NCBI GenBank assembly: GCA_964544275.1
Contig: CAZIZX010000002.1
Span: 96,100-160,099 of the forward strand
Reading direction: 5' to 3'
Length of the DNA: 64,000 bases
Source: an uncultured Gammaproteobacteria bacterium
Lineage (GTDB): Bacteria > Patescibacteriota > Microgenomatia > UBA12405
Shown: positions 8,830 to 17,189 of the stretch, piece by piece
How the letters are laid out: the number at the start of each line of letters is the position of its first letter
Numbering within the stretch: the first letter of the stretch is position 1
The notes under the pieces: model-generated
Databases searched by the model: none
Seen by the model: the letters and a program-made list of their open reading frames with translations, nothing else
Told to the model about the DNA's origin: nothing
Translations under genes and position numbers: made by a program

Positions 8830-10824
8830 ATGGCAGATATGCAAAAAAAATTATTGGTAGTGGAATCTCCGACTAAGGCTAGGACTATTGGAAAATATCT
8901 GGGGAAAGACTATCGGGTGTTGGCAACGGTGGGGCATTTAAGGGATTTGCCTTCGAGCAAAATGGGGGTGGACTTAGAAAATTTTGATGTTGATTACGTA
9001 ATCAGCCCGGATAAGAAAAGAGTGGTAAATGAGTTAATGAAGGCGGTGGTGGGGACAAGTTCAATATATATTGCGACAGACCCTGATCGTGAAGGCGAGG
9101 CGATAGCTTGGCATGTGCAGTGGTTGATTGAAAATTCAGGTAAGAAGAAGAAAAAAAGTAAGACTAATGTTGTTAGAGTAAGTTTTCATGAAATAACCCG
9201 ACAGGCGGTGGAAGAAGCCATAAAAGAACCTCGGGGTGTTGATTTGGATTTGGTGAATGCTCAGCAAGGGAGGCGGATCTTGGACCGGGTGGTGGGATAT
9301 AGCCTGTCACCGGTGTTATGGAAGAAGGTGAGGAGGGGATTGTCAGCGGGTAGGGTACAGTCGGTGGCGGTCAGATTAATTGTAGAAAGAGAGAGGGAAA
9401 TAGAGAAATTCAAGAAAGAAGAATATTTCAAGATTTGGGCAGATTTAGAAAAGAACGGGGAGGTATTTCGGGCTGATTTATCGAAAGTGGGCGGAAAAAA
9501 TGTATACAGAAATGAAAAAATAAGATTGTTTGACGGAGATTATTCTTATAGCCGAACTGTTTTTGATAACCAGGGAGAGGTAGATAAGTTTATTGAAAGT
9601 CTAAACAAAGAATTTAGAGTAGAAAAAGTTATTGGCAGGGAAGTGAGCAGGTCGCCGCTGCCAGCTTATACGACGTCAAAATTACAGCAAATGGCGGCCA
9701 GGAGATTTGGCTGGTCAGGAAAGCAGACAATGAGTGTGGCTCAAAGGCTTTATGAGCGGGGTTTGATTACCTATCATAGGACTGATTCGGTGTATCTGTC
9801 GGCCAGGTCCATAGAAGATTTTCGGAATTTCATTGAAGAAAAATACGGGAATGAGTATTTGTCGGCCAAATTTCGGGTTTACAAAAATACAGCTAAAAAC
9901 GCTCAGGAGGCCCATGAGGCAATCAGGCCGACGAATGTGGCGGTGATCGGTTTGGGCGAGGGAGATGCCCGGGAGAAAAAATTGTATGAAATAATCTGGA
10001 GGAGGGCAGTAGCGACCCAAGCGGCAGCAGCCAGAATGAGGAATACAACAGTAATATTGGCTAATCAAGCTGGATTGTTTCAATCTAAGGGGGTAAGGAT
10101 GTTGTTTGATGGTTATTTGAAAGTGAGCGGTGACAAGCATGAGGACCAGATATTGCCGGAACTATCAGAGGGAGAGATGGTCGAGAGTAAAAAAATTGCT
10201 CATGATAAAACCGAAACTAATCCTCCGCCTAGATATAGCGAGGCTGGCTTGGTAGCTTCTTTGGAAAAGCAGGGCATTGGCCGACCTAGTACGTATGCTC
10301 CGATTATTTCGACGATACAGCAGCGGCAGTATGTGGAGAAAGAAGAAGGAAAGTTTAAGCCAACGGTTTTGGGAATGGCGACAAATGATTTTTTGGTAAA
10401 AAATTTTGAGGATATTTTATCGTTGCCCTTTACCGCTGGGATGGAAGAAAGTTTGGATGAGGTGTCGTTGGGTAAATTAGACTGGAAGGTTATGATGAAA
10501 AAGTTTTGGGGTGGATTTGAGACGGAAGTGAAGCTGGCGGAAAAAAATGCAGAAAGAGTAAAGGTAGAAACGGAGAAGCTGGGAGAGAAGTGCCCGGAAT
10601 GCAAAGAGGGAGACTTGGTTATCCGAGTGGGTAGATTTGGTAAATTTATTTCCTGTTCCAGGTTTCCAGATTGTAAATATACGGCCCAATTTAAAGAAGC
10701 GGCAGGGTTTAAATGTCCGGAGTGTGGAGCTGAAGGAGTGGTCAAGAGGACCAAAACCGGCAGAAAATTTTTCGGTTGCAGTAACTACCCTAGTTGTAAG
10801 TGGGCCAGTTGGAAAAAGCCTTAG
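8830..10824 (+). CDS. topA: DNA topoisomerase I
   Basis: N-terminal Toprim (LLVVESPTKARTIG), an active-site Tyr region, and C-terminal C4 zinc ribbons (CPECKEGD..C..C and CPECGAEG..C..C). Confidence 0.85.
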   Translation: MADMQKKLLVVESPTKARTIGKYLGKDYRVLATVGHLRDLPSSKMGVDLENFDVDYVISPDKKRVVNELMKAVVGTSSIYIATDPDREGEAIAWHVQWLIENSGKKKKKSKTNVVRVSFHEITRQAVEEAIKEPRGVDLDLVNAQQGRRILDRVVGYSLSPVLWKKVRRGLSAGRVQSVAVRLIVEREREIEKFKKEEYFKIWADLEKNGEVFRADLSKVGGKNVYRNEKIRLFDGDYSYSRTVFDNQGEVDKFIESLNKEFRVEKVIGREVSRSPLPAYTTSKLQQMAARRFGWSGKQTMSVAQRLYERGLITYHRTDSVYLSARSIEDFRNFIEEKYGNEYLSAKFRVYKNTAKNAQEAHEAIRPTNVAVIGLGEGDAREKKLYEIIWRRAVATQAAAARMRNTTVILANQAGLFQSKGVRMLFDGYLKVSGDKHEDQILPELSEGEMVESKKIAHDKTETNPPPRYSEAGLVASLEKQGIGRPSTYAPIISTIQQRQYVEKEEGKFKPTVLGMATNDFLVKNFEDILSLPFTAGMEESLDEVSLGKLDWKVMMKKFWGGFETEVKLAEKNAERVKVETEKLGEKCPECKEGDLVIRVGRFGKFISCSRFPDCKYTAQFKEAAGFKCPECGAEGVVKRTKTGRKFFGCSNYPSCKWASWKKP

Positions 10825-11153
10825 GATTGCAGTTTGGCTTCAAGGTTTATTCTATTTTGGGATATTATTTGACGGCACTGAATGGATTCAGGCTGGACAC
10901 CGGCGATGGCACAAAAACAGTCAGTTCCGCACCTGTCACAGTTTATTTCAACCTGAGGGGAATCTATTCTGGTAAATCCCTGATGAGGAAGGCTGCCTGA
11001 TTTGGTAAACGACTTAAAGTTTTCGGGACGATTAGTAGCCATAGTATAAATGAGTTAATTGGTAATTAGACCAATGATAAAGTGGGCGTAGGGGAAATGT
11101 AAGGAATATCTTGTGAATTTATTATGGGGTATAATCAAAAGTTGGGGTGGGTC

Positions 11154-13430
11154 TTACTCGATGCTGGTACGGCGACTATCGGTTAGAGGGGTAATGTTTT
11201 TTGTTTGAGGTGGTTTTGGAGTTAGTTTTGGTGTTGAATTATTGGGAGAAAGTGAATTTTGTTTTGGTTTGCCCCAACGTTGGCGGGAGATTTGGATAAG
11301 TTTTTGGCGGGCCTGGTTTTTGCAGGAAAGAGGTGGCAGGGTGACGGCATAAAACGGATTAGTGGTTTCAGAGTCGATTGAAAGTTTGTTGATAACTTGA
11401 TAGCGGCCGATTTTGACTAAGTCTTCGGGTGGAAATTGTGGTCCAAATTCTTTGCTTAAGATAAAGGCGTCCTGGTTGCCGACAACGAAAGAGACCATGG
11501 AGCCGACGTTGCCGAAAATAGCGTCCTGAATGGGGCGTTCAAGCTGGGCCATGTATTGATTGGCAACTATCAAATTTAATTTAAATTTGCGGGCTTCGGA
11601 GAGGATTTTGATAAACGAGGTGGTGGCGAAATTTTGAAATTCGTCAACATACAGGTAGAAATCGGACCTGGCCTCGGCTTCCTGGAAAACCCGGTTCATA
11701 GCTGAAAGTTGGATTTGGGTAATTAACATGGCACCAAGAAGAGCGGAGTTGTCTTCGCCTAATTTGCCGGTAGACAGATCGGCAATAAGAATTTTTTTCT
11801 CGTCCATAATTTGCTGGATATTGATTCTGGACTTAGGATGATTGATGGTGTTTCGGATGTTGCTGGAGGCAATAAACTGACCGACTTTGTTTAAAATGGG
11901 GGCAATAGCTTCGTTTTGGAATTTGGGATCCATACGGTTGAATTCATTGATCCAGAAATTTTTGAGAGTTTGGTTTCGGAGTTTGTTGATTACTTTGTCT
12001 CGGAAATTTTTGTTGGTGAGGATTTCAACGATGTCGACCAGGGTGGTATCGGGAGTGTTGACCAAAGTTAAGACGGCGTTTCTTAAAATGTGTTCAAGTC
12101 GGGGGCCCCAAGAGACTTCACCGTAGATTTTTTTGAAAATGGAGATAACGCCTGAAGCGACAAGTTCTTTTTGAGATTCATTTTGGGCTTCGAGAACATT
12201 GAGGGGATAGACGTATTCAGGATCAGCAGGATTGAAATAACAACAATCGTTAATACGATGAGAAGGTATGTAGTCAAGGATGTTATTGCATAAATCGCCG
12301 TGAGGATCGATAACAGCAACTCCACGGCCTTTGCGAATGTCGTCAATGGCCATGTTGGAAATTAAAGTAGTCTTGCCGGTACCGGACTTGCCGATAATAT
12401 ACATATGGCGACGGCGGTCTTCGCCTTGTTTGATGCCAAAGATGGAATCTTTGTTTCGAAACTCAGTTTTGGCAAAAAAGGTTATTTCTTTTTTTTGTTC
12501 TTCGGTAGTATCGTCGGCGACAGGAAGGTTTTCGGGTGGGTCGGAAAACAAATTTTTGCCCCAGGCGATGTTGGGCAGTTTGGTAAGTTTATTGGGAAAG
12601 TGCCAGAGAGCGGAGACTTCTTCGGTGTTGAGAATTTGGGATTTGAGTTTGGTAGAAATTTTACGATTTATGATGCAGTCGGGGAGTTTGTTGCGATTAA
12701 AAAGGTTAGGAGTAAAGGTCTTGATGGAGTTACCGCGGGGAGAGGTAAAGGCTCCGAAAGAGGAGGAAACTGAAGCAATCAGGCTAGGATTGTTAGAAGC
12801 GAGATTGATTTGAGCCAGGATACCGGGGAATTGAATTTTCTGTTCAAATATTGAACGGTCGGGATGAGCTTGGCGTAAGCCTTTTTCTTTGTCAATGACA
12901 ATACCGTTTTGGATAATATCCATTATTGAACTTTGCCAGTTTTTGGAGGCAGGACCGAGGATTATTTGATAGACAAAAAAGTCAGTAGTGCTATTTGATC
13001 GGGAAAGGGGGGCTAGGACGGAAACAAGAGGATCGGTATCGCGGAAATCACGGGCGGTTTTGAGGGGATAATTGTAGGATTTGGAGAGTCCGATTTGGGA
13101 GAAGTTGAGTAACTTGGGATTCTCCAGATCGGTAAAATAGTCCAGGGTATCTTTGGTGATGGCAGAAGGATATTGGGCTAGGATTTGGGATCGGACATAT
13201 TCCATGTTGTCGGTTGGCGCGACGACATAGAAATGAATTTGACCGTGACTAAGTACAATCTCCAGGCTGGCGATGGTCTTTCTTTTACCGCTAAGGCGGT
13301 CAATAAGAGAGGTGGAGCCGGATTGGGAGAAGTTACTTAAAAGTGAGGACATGGCTTCGAGGGTAAATTCGTTTTCTTGAGGGAGGCGGATTTCCAGTAT
13401 TGACAGGTTATTTTTGACGGTGTGCGCCAT
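11154..13430 (-). CDS. VirD4/TraG/TraD-like coupling-type ATPase (FtsK-HerA superfamily), soluble
   Basis: Walker A IIGKSGTGKTT followed about 20 aa later by DPHGD, and Walker B YLYVDEFQNF. No TM segments. Long N-terminal non-ATPase region. Confidence 0.55.
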   Translation of the reverse strand: MAHTVKNNLSILEIRLPQENEFTLEAMSSLLSNFSQSGSTSLIDRLSGKRKTIASLEIVLSHGQIHFYVVAPTDNMEYVRSQILAQYPSAITKDTLDYFTDLENPKLLNFSQIGLSKSYNYPLKTARDFRDTDPLVSVLAPLSRSNSTTDFFVYQIILGPASKNWQSSIMDIIQNGIVIDKEKGLRQAHPDRSIFEQKIQFPGILAQINLASNNPSLIASVSSSFGAFTSPRGNSIKTFTPNLFNRNKLPDCIINRKISTKLKSQILNTEEVSALWHFPNKLTKLPNIAWGKNLFSDPPENLPVADDTTEEQKKEITFFAKTEFRNKDSIFGIKQGEDRRRHMYIIGKSGTGKTTLISNMAIDDIRKGRGVAVIDPHGDLCNNILDYIPSHRINDCCYFNPADPEYVYPLNVLEAQNESQKELVASGVISIFKKIYGEVSWGPRLEHILRNAVLTLVNTPDTTLVDIVEILTNKNFRDKVINKLRNQTLKNFWINEFNRMDPKFQNEAIAPILNKVGQFIASSNIRNTINHPKSRINIQQIMDEKKILIADLSTGKLGEDNSALLGAMLITQIQLSAMNRVFQEAEARSDFYLYVDEFQNFATTSFIKILSEARKFKLNLIVANQYMAQLERPIQDAIFGNVGSMVSFVVGNQDAFILSKEFGPQFPPEDLVKIGRYQVINKLSIDSETTNPFYAVTLPPLSCKNQARQKLIQISRQRWGKPKQNSLSPNNSTPKLTPKPPQTKNITPLTDSRRTSIE

Positions 13431-13688
13431 GTGTATATTTTACATTATTTAAAATGGGGTAGAGAAACTAAGTCAGTAATAACAAACGAGGACTTACTTG
13501 TTGCAAAACAATACATATTGGTGTAGTATCGCATATGGAGCTAGTAAGACTTATAGTCTTGGATTGGCAAAGAAAATGTTTTGGAGATAAAAAGGATTTC
13601 TTGCGGCTGAAATTGGGCGATGACCTTAGAAAACAAACACTTGATATTATTATATTGAGTGATAATATAAGTCTATAATATTTTGAAG

Positions 13689-13704
13689 GATATCAAAAGA
13701 TATC
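13689..13704. promoter_or_regulatory. GATATC-N4-GATATC direct repeat of palindromic hexamers in a divergent intergenic region (candidate operator)
   Basis: Seen directly in sequence, about 260 nt upstream of the VirD4-like start and 23 nt upstream of conserved motif copy 1. Confidence 0.25.
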
Positions 13705-13726
13705 AGCATCTTTTTTGTATTCTTCA

Positions 13727-13800
13727 GAAAGCACTTTGACAACCCGAAGGATTGGGATCTAAAGAGGACGTAAAAATTTGTGTTTTCTTTGGATCCCAAT
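13727..13800 (+). promoter_or_regulatory. conserved ~20-nt motif (GAAAGCACTTTGACAACCCG) followed by a long perfect hairpin (13751-13800); copy 1
   Basis: The same motif recurs at 14296-14318, followed by a different-sequence long hairpin. It contains TTGACA, but no conserved -10 follows. Confidence 0.4.
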
Positions 13801-13879
13801 AAAGAAAGAAGGTGATGCAAATTGATTGCGGGCTGAGTTTTTATCCCTCAAAAAACAACAGCGCAAAAAGGAGAGACTG

Positions 13880-13996
13880 ATGTCTGGGAAGTGCAAATCC
13901 TGTGTGTACAAAAACAACTGTGTCCGACGGAAGAAGTGCCCCGGCCCTGTTGTCAAGGGTCAGAGGTCGAGAAAAGTCTCTTCCGATGGGCGATAG
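13880..13996 (+). CDS. small Cys-rich basic peptide (38 aa, MSGKCKSCVYKNNCVRRKKCPGPVVKGQRSRKVSSDGR)
   Basis: Strong RBS (AAAGGAG, 7 nt upstream of the ATG). Lies in an atypically GC-rich segment. Followed by hairpin 14091-14120 and a T-run. Coding status uncertain. Confidence 0.3.
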   Translation: MSGKCKSCVYKNNCVRRKKCPGPVVKGQRSRKVSSDGR

Positions 13997-14090
13997 ATCG
14001 CCAGAGAAGACGCCCAAGCGGCGAGCGGGACGACCACGGAGACCTAAACCGAGGCCGAAGACTAACTGCCGTTAGGGCAAAATGTGGTGT

Positions 14091-14160
14091 GGGAGCCAAA
14101 ACAAAGCCGTTTTGGCTCCCTGCCCTGGACCTGGTGCATTGTTTATTTTTTGCTTTTTTG
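14091..14160 (+). terminator. putative intrinsic terminator (GGGAGCCAAAAC...GTTTTGGCTCCC hairpin with a downstream T-rich tract)
   Basis: Perfect 12-bp stem. The T-rich tract starts about 20 nt downstream, which is atypical spacing. Confidence 0.3.
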
Positions 14161-14295
14161 GTGTTGAGTACACATTTTTCTTTTCTTTCGGGTTGTCTTT
14201 TATTGAAATTTAGTTTTAAGGGTGACTTTGAGACTAGTTTTCAATAAAATATAAGTTTTTGGAGCTAAAGACATAAAGCTTGTCAATTTAGCTTT

Positions 14296-14374
14296 GAAAA
14301 CAGCACTTTGACAACCCGGGGAACGATAGGGACCAAGAGAGACAGTTTTTTAAACTGTTTGTCTTGGTCCCTAT
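14296..14374 (+). promoter_or_regulatory. conserved motif copy 2 (GAAAACAGCACTTTGACAACCCG) plus long hairpin (14325-14374)
   Basis: Second copy of the motif. The hairpin is about 21 bp with a different sequence from copy 1, so the structure is conserved while the sequence is not. Confidence 0.4.
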
Positions 14375-14486
14375 TTGGATCAAGAAAGGAACAGGGTGAT
14401 GCCACCGTAGTCATGCGGCAATGATGCCAAGAAATTCTAGTTTATCCGCCGAACTTGAACTCCTACCCTCAAGGAGAAAACACAAC

Positions 14487-14684
14487 ATGCTTCCGGCTAA
14501 GAAAGAAAGAGTTGTTGACGATGACGTCGTCAGCACAGAAGAATATCGACGATCTCGCCGTCCTTCTCGGCAGCGTTCGGAAACGTATTATTGTATTGAC
14601 TCGAGCGGGGTTGTTCTTACTGCTCGGGAAGTGGCCGAGGCCCGAAAGGGTAACGGTCAAGAGCCGGTGAAGTTGGACGGCTAG
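14487..14684 (+). CDS. small basic hypothetical protein (65 aa)
   Basis: RBS AAGGAG 10 nt upstream. Arg codons are mostly CGN, unlike neighbouring genes. Followed by a strong terminator. Confidence 0.3.
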   Translation: MLPAKKERVVDDDVVSTEEYRRSRRPSRQRSETYYCIDSSGVVLTAREVAEARKGNGQEPVKLDG

Positions 14685-14694
14685 AGTTCGAGAA

Positions 14695-14790
14695 GAAGGG
14701 GGCGCTGCAAGCATTTTTGCAAACAGCGCCTCCGTATTTGTGGTGGTTTTTCGTTTTTGTTTTGTTCGTTTTTTCTTTTTTGTTTCCCGG
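14695..14790 (+). terminator. intrinsic terminator (GGGGGCGCTG...CAGCGCCTCC hairpin followed by a long T-rich run)
   Basis: 10-bp GC-rich stem followed by TTTTTCGTTTTTGTTTTGTTCGTTTTTTCTTTTTTG. Confidence 0.55.
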
Positions 14791-14848
14791 GTTGTTTTTA
14801 TATATAGTATTGCTTGTTTATAAAAATTTATTAAAATTTAAATAAGCT

Positions 14849-15064
14849 ATGAGTTGGGGGTCGAAAGAAAAACCGAAGGGTTTGTATTCGAATGGTACTT
14901 TTGATGGATTTAGGCCGTGCAGAATTGACGGAAAACCGGGTGTTTTGTTGAATGGGGTAGAAATGGCAAATTTAGCAGCGTTAGGATACGATGTAAAGCC
15001 GATAGAAATCAGGGTGGCTGAAAGAAAAAAACCAAGACATAATGGGCGAGGGTCATTGGATTAA
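14849..15064 (+). CDS. hypothetical small protein (71 aa)
   Basis: ORF with a plausible upstream TTGCTT-N16-TAAAAT promoter and a very short leader. No recognisable family. Confidence 0.3.
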   Translation: MSWGSKEKPKGLYSNGTFDGFRPCRIDGKPGVLLNGVEMANLAALGYDVKPIEIRVAERKKPRHNGRGSLD

Positions 15065-15166
15065 GTTTGTGATATAATTTCGAGGTTAAAGTTATTCATT
15101 TATTTTGGGCGTTAGTCCTGGGTAGTTCCTACCCCGCCTGTTTTAGAATTTAATAAGGACAAAATT

Positions 15167-16087
15167 ATGGAAAAAAAGAAGGTAATCAGTAAAACCGTCA
15201 ATCGAACCGGTAAAAGTTTGGTTAAAAAGGCATTGGTAGTTAATTCCCGCAAGCAGTCAAGTATCAATGCAGAACAGGTGAAGAGATTGAATGAAGAAGT
15301 AAAGGCAAAAAAAGAAAAGGTGGTGCAAGGTAGAAAATATCAGGAGAACTTAAAACCGGAAAAGAATGTTAAGGCAGATACCAATAAAAAACCGGATAAG
15401 AAATATGAACTGACGGTTGACATGAAAGATATGCTGAAGGCCGGAGCACATTTAGGTCACAAAGTGTCCAAAACTCATCCGAAAGCCAGGGACTATATAT
15501 ATACTTCGAAGGACGGAATCGAAATATTGGATCTGACCAGCTCTATTAAAGAATTCGAGAAAGCCTGTAATTTTGTTTACAACGCTAAAAGAAACGGTAA
15601 GCAGGTTCTGATGGTAGGTACCAAAAGACAGGCTAGGGAAGTAGTTAAAAGAGTGGCGATGGATGCCGGGGCTGCTTATGTAACTGACAGGTGGCTGGGG
15701 GGGACTATTACTAATTGGGAGGAAATCAGAAAGAATATTAAGAAATTAAAAGATTTGCGGGCCGGAATTGAAAATGGTACTTTTACTGAGCTGACCAAAA
15801 AAGAATTGTCGGATATGCAAAAAGAAATTGGTCGATTGGAAAGGAATGTTGGTGGTTTGGTCAACTTGGACAAATTGTTTGACATTTTGTTTGTGGTTGA
15901 TGCTGGTTTTGAGAAGACGGCTGTTCGGGAAGCCAGACTTCGAGGTGTTTCGGTGGTAGCTATGATTGATACCGATAGTAATCCGGACAAGATTGATTAT
16001 CCGATTCCAGCCAATGACGACAGCGTCAAAAGCGTTAATATGGTAGTTGAAGAAATTGGTAAGGCGATAAAGGCTGCCGGAGTTTAA
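15167..16087 (+). CDS. rpsB: 30S ribosomal protein S2 with an ~85 aa Lys-rich N-terminal extension
   Basis: The S2 core starts at MKDMLKAGAHLGHK (15422). Good RBS (AAGGA) only at the 15167 start. S2 motifs include DRWLGGTITNW. Confidence 0.85.
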   Translation: MEKKKVISKTVNRTGKSLVKKALVVNSRKQSSINAEQVKRLNEEVKAKKEKVVQGRKYQENLKPEKNVKADTNKKPDKKYELTVDMKDMLKAGAHLGHKVSKTHPKARDYIYTSKDGIEILDLTSSIKEFEKACNFVYNAKRNGKQVLMVGTKRQAREVVKRVAMDAGAAYVTDRWLGGTITNWEEIRKNIKKLKDLRAGIENGTFTELTKKELSDMQKEIGRLERNVGGLVNLDKLFDILFVVDAGFEKTAVREARLRGVSVVAMIDTDSNPDKIDYPIPANDDSVKSVNMVVEEIGKAIKAAGV

Positions 16088-16107
16088 AAGTTAAGTATTT
16101 TTTAAAT

Positions 16108-16566
16108 ATGGACCAAAAACAAATTATTGAATTAGTTAAAAAAATTAGAAGTGAGACGAGTTTGGGGATCATGGAAATAAAAGCGGCCTTGGAAGAAGCC
16201 AACGGTGATGAAAAGAGAGCTAGAGAGATATTGAAAGAGAGGGGATTCAAAAAAGCCGAAAGTAAGAAAGAACGGGAAACCCGACAGGGAAGAGTGGTTA
16301 CTTATACCCATACTACCGGGAAAATTGGGGTAATGATTGAAATCTTGTGTGAGACTGATTTTGTAGCTAAGAACGAAGAGTTTATGGCTTTGAGCCGGGA
16401 TATGGCTTTGCAGGTGGCGGCGATGAATCCGGAATCGGTAGAGAAATTGATGGAGCAGGAGTTCATTAAAGATCCGACTCAAAAAGTTGGTGATTTAGTT
16501 CAGGTCTTGATCGCTAAGTTGGGTGAGAATATTAAAGTGGGTCGAATGGCAAGGTTTGAAATTTAG
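16108..16566 (+). CDS. tsf: elongation factor Ts (short form)
   Basis: N-terminal UBA-like segment (LVKKIRSETSLGIMEIKAALEEANGD), the TDFVAKNEEF motif, and conserved rpsB-tsf synteny. Confidence 0.85.
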   Translation: MDQKQIIELVKKIRSETSLGIMEIKAALEEANGDEKRAREILKERGFKKAESKKERETRQGRVVTYTHTTGKIGVMIEILCETDFVAKNEEFMALSRDMALQVAAMNPESVEKLMEQEFIKDPTQKVGDLVQVLIAKLGENIKVGRMARFEI

Positions 16567-16593
16567 GCAATAAGTAGAGGTTGTTTCTGGATG

Positions 16594-16620
16594 AAGCCCC
16601 GCTTGGCGGGGCTTTTTTGT
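16594..16620 (+). terminator. intrinsic terminator after tsf
   Basis: AAGCCCCGCTTGGCGGGGCTTTTTTGT hairpin with a T-run. Confidence 0.7.
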
Positions 16621-16633
16621 TATACTAGGCTAT

Positions 16634-17185
16634 ATGCTAAACACAATCGCAATAAGGTCGAGAATGGATAAAATTATGGAGATATTTGGAGAGGACATCG
16701 GATCGATAAGGACGGGAAGGGCGACACCGGGTTTGATTGAAAATGTTTTGGTGTCGGTATATGGCGGGCAGAAGATGAGGCTGATGGAGTTGGGGACGAT
16801 TTTGGTACCGGATGTGCGGACTTTGACTTTTCAACCTTGGGACGTGTCGGTATTGAAAGAGGTGAGTAATGGAATTGCTGTAGCCAATATTGGAATGAAT
16901 CCGGTAGTAGATGGGCAGTTGATAAGGATATCTTTGCCGGTGATGACAACGGAGCAAAGGGAAGACTATATTAAACTTTTGGGACGGAAGTTAGAAGGGG
17001 CCAGGGGAATGGTTCGGGATGTTCGGGGGGATTTCCGTAAAGATTTGCAGGATGCCAAGCAAGAGAAAACGATATCTGAGGATGAATATAAAAGAGATGA
17101 GACCGAACTGCAAAAAATTAACGATGAGTATATGTTAAAACTGGAAAAATTAGCTCAAAAGAAAGAGGAAGAAATCAGAGGATAG
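16634..17185 (+). CDS. frr: ribosome recycling factor
   Basis: The IRTGRATPGLIENV segment and the coiled-coil body are typical of RRF. The start could instead be the Met at 16664. Confidence 0.85.
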   Translation: MLNTIAIRSRMDKIMEIFGEDIGSIRTGRATPGLIENVLVSVYGGQKMRLMELGTILVPDVRTLTFQPWDVSVLKEVSNGIAVANIGMNPVVDGQLIRISLPVMTTEQREDYIKLLGRKLEGARGMVRDVRGDFRKDLQDAKQEKTISEDEYKRDETELQKINDEYMLKLEKLAQKKEEEIRG

Positions 17186-17189
17186 AGTT

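Noticed and set aside
10825-11153. GC-richer convergent intergenic region between topA and the VirD4-like gene, with a CTGAATggATTCAG palindrome and small Cys-containing ORFs on both strands (10821-11042 minus, 10800-11000 plus). Considered SRP RNA or another ncRNA.
   Set aside because: The conserved SRP domain IV motif (GGAA tetraloop plus AAGCAGCC) is absent, there is no tRNA-like structure, and the ORFs lack an RBS and any motif. Probably just a convergent terminator region. It could be revisited with Rfam.
12331-12813. 160-aa and 122-aa plus-strand ORFs inside the VirD4-like gene.
   Set aside because: Antisense shadow ORFs within a well-supported long CDS, with low-complexity translations.
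13731-13740. TTGACA inside the conserved 20-nt motif, interpreted as a sigma70 -35 box.
   Set aside because: Neither copy has a credible -10 hexamer at 16-18 nt spacing (CTAAAG/TAAAGA, GACCAA). The motif is more likely a protein-binding or RNA element than a simple promoter.
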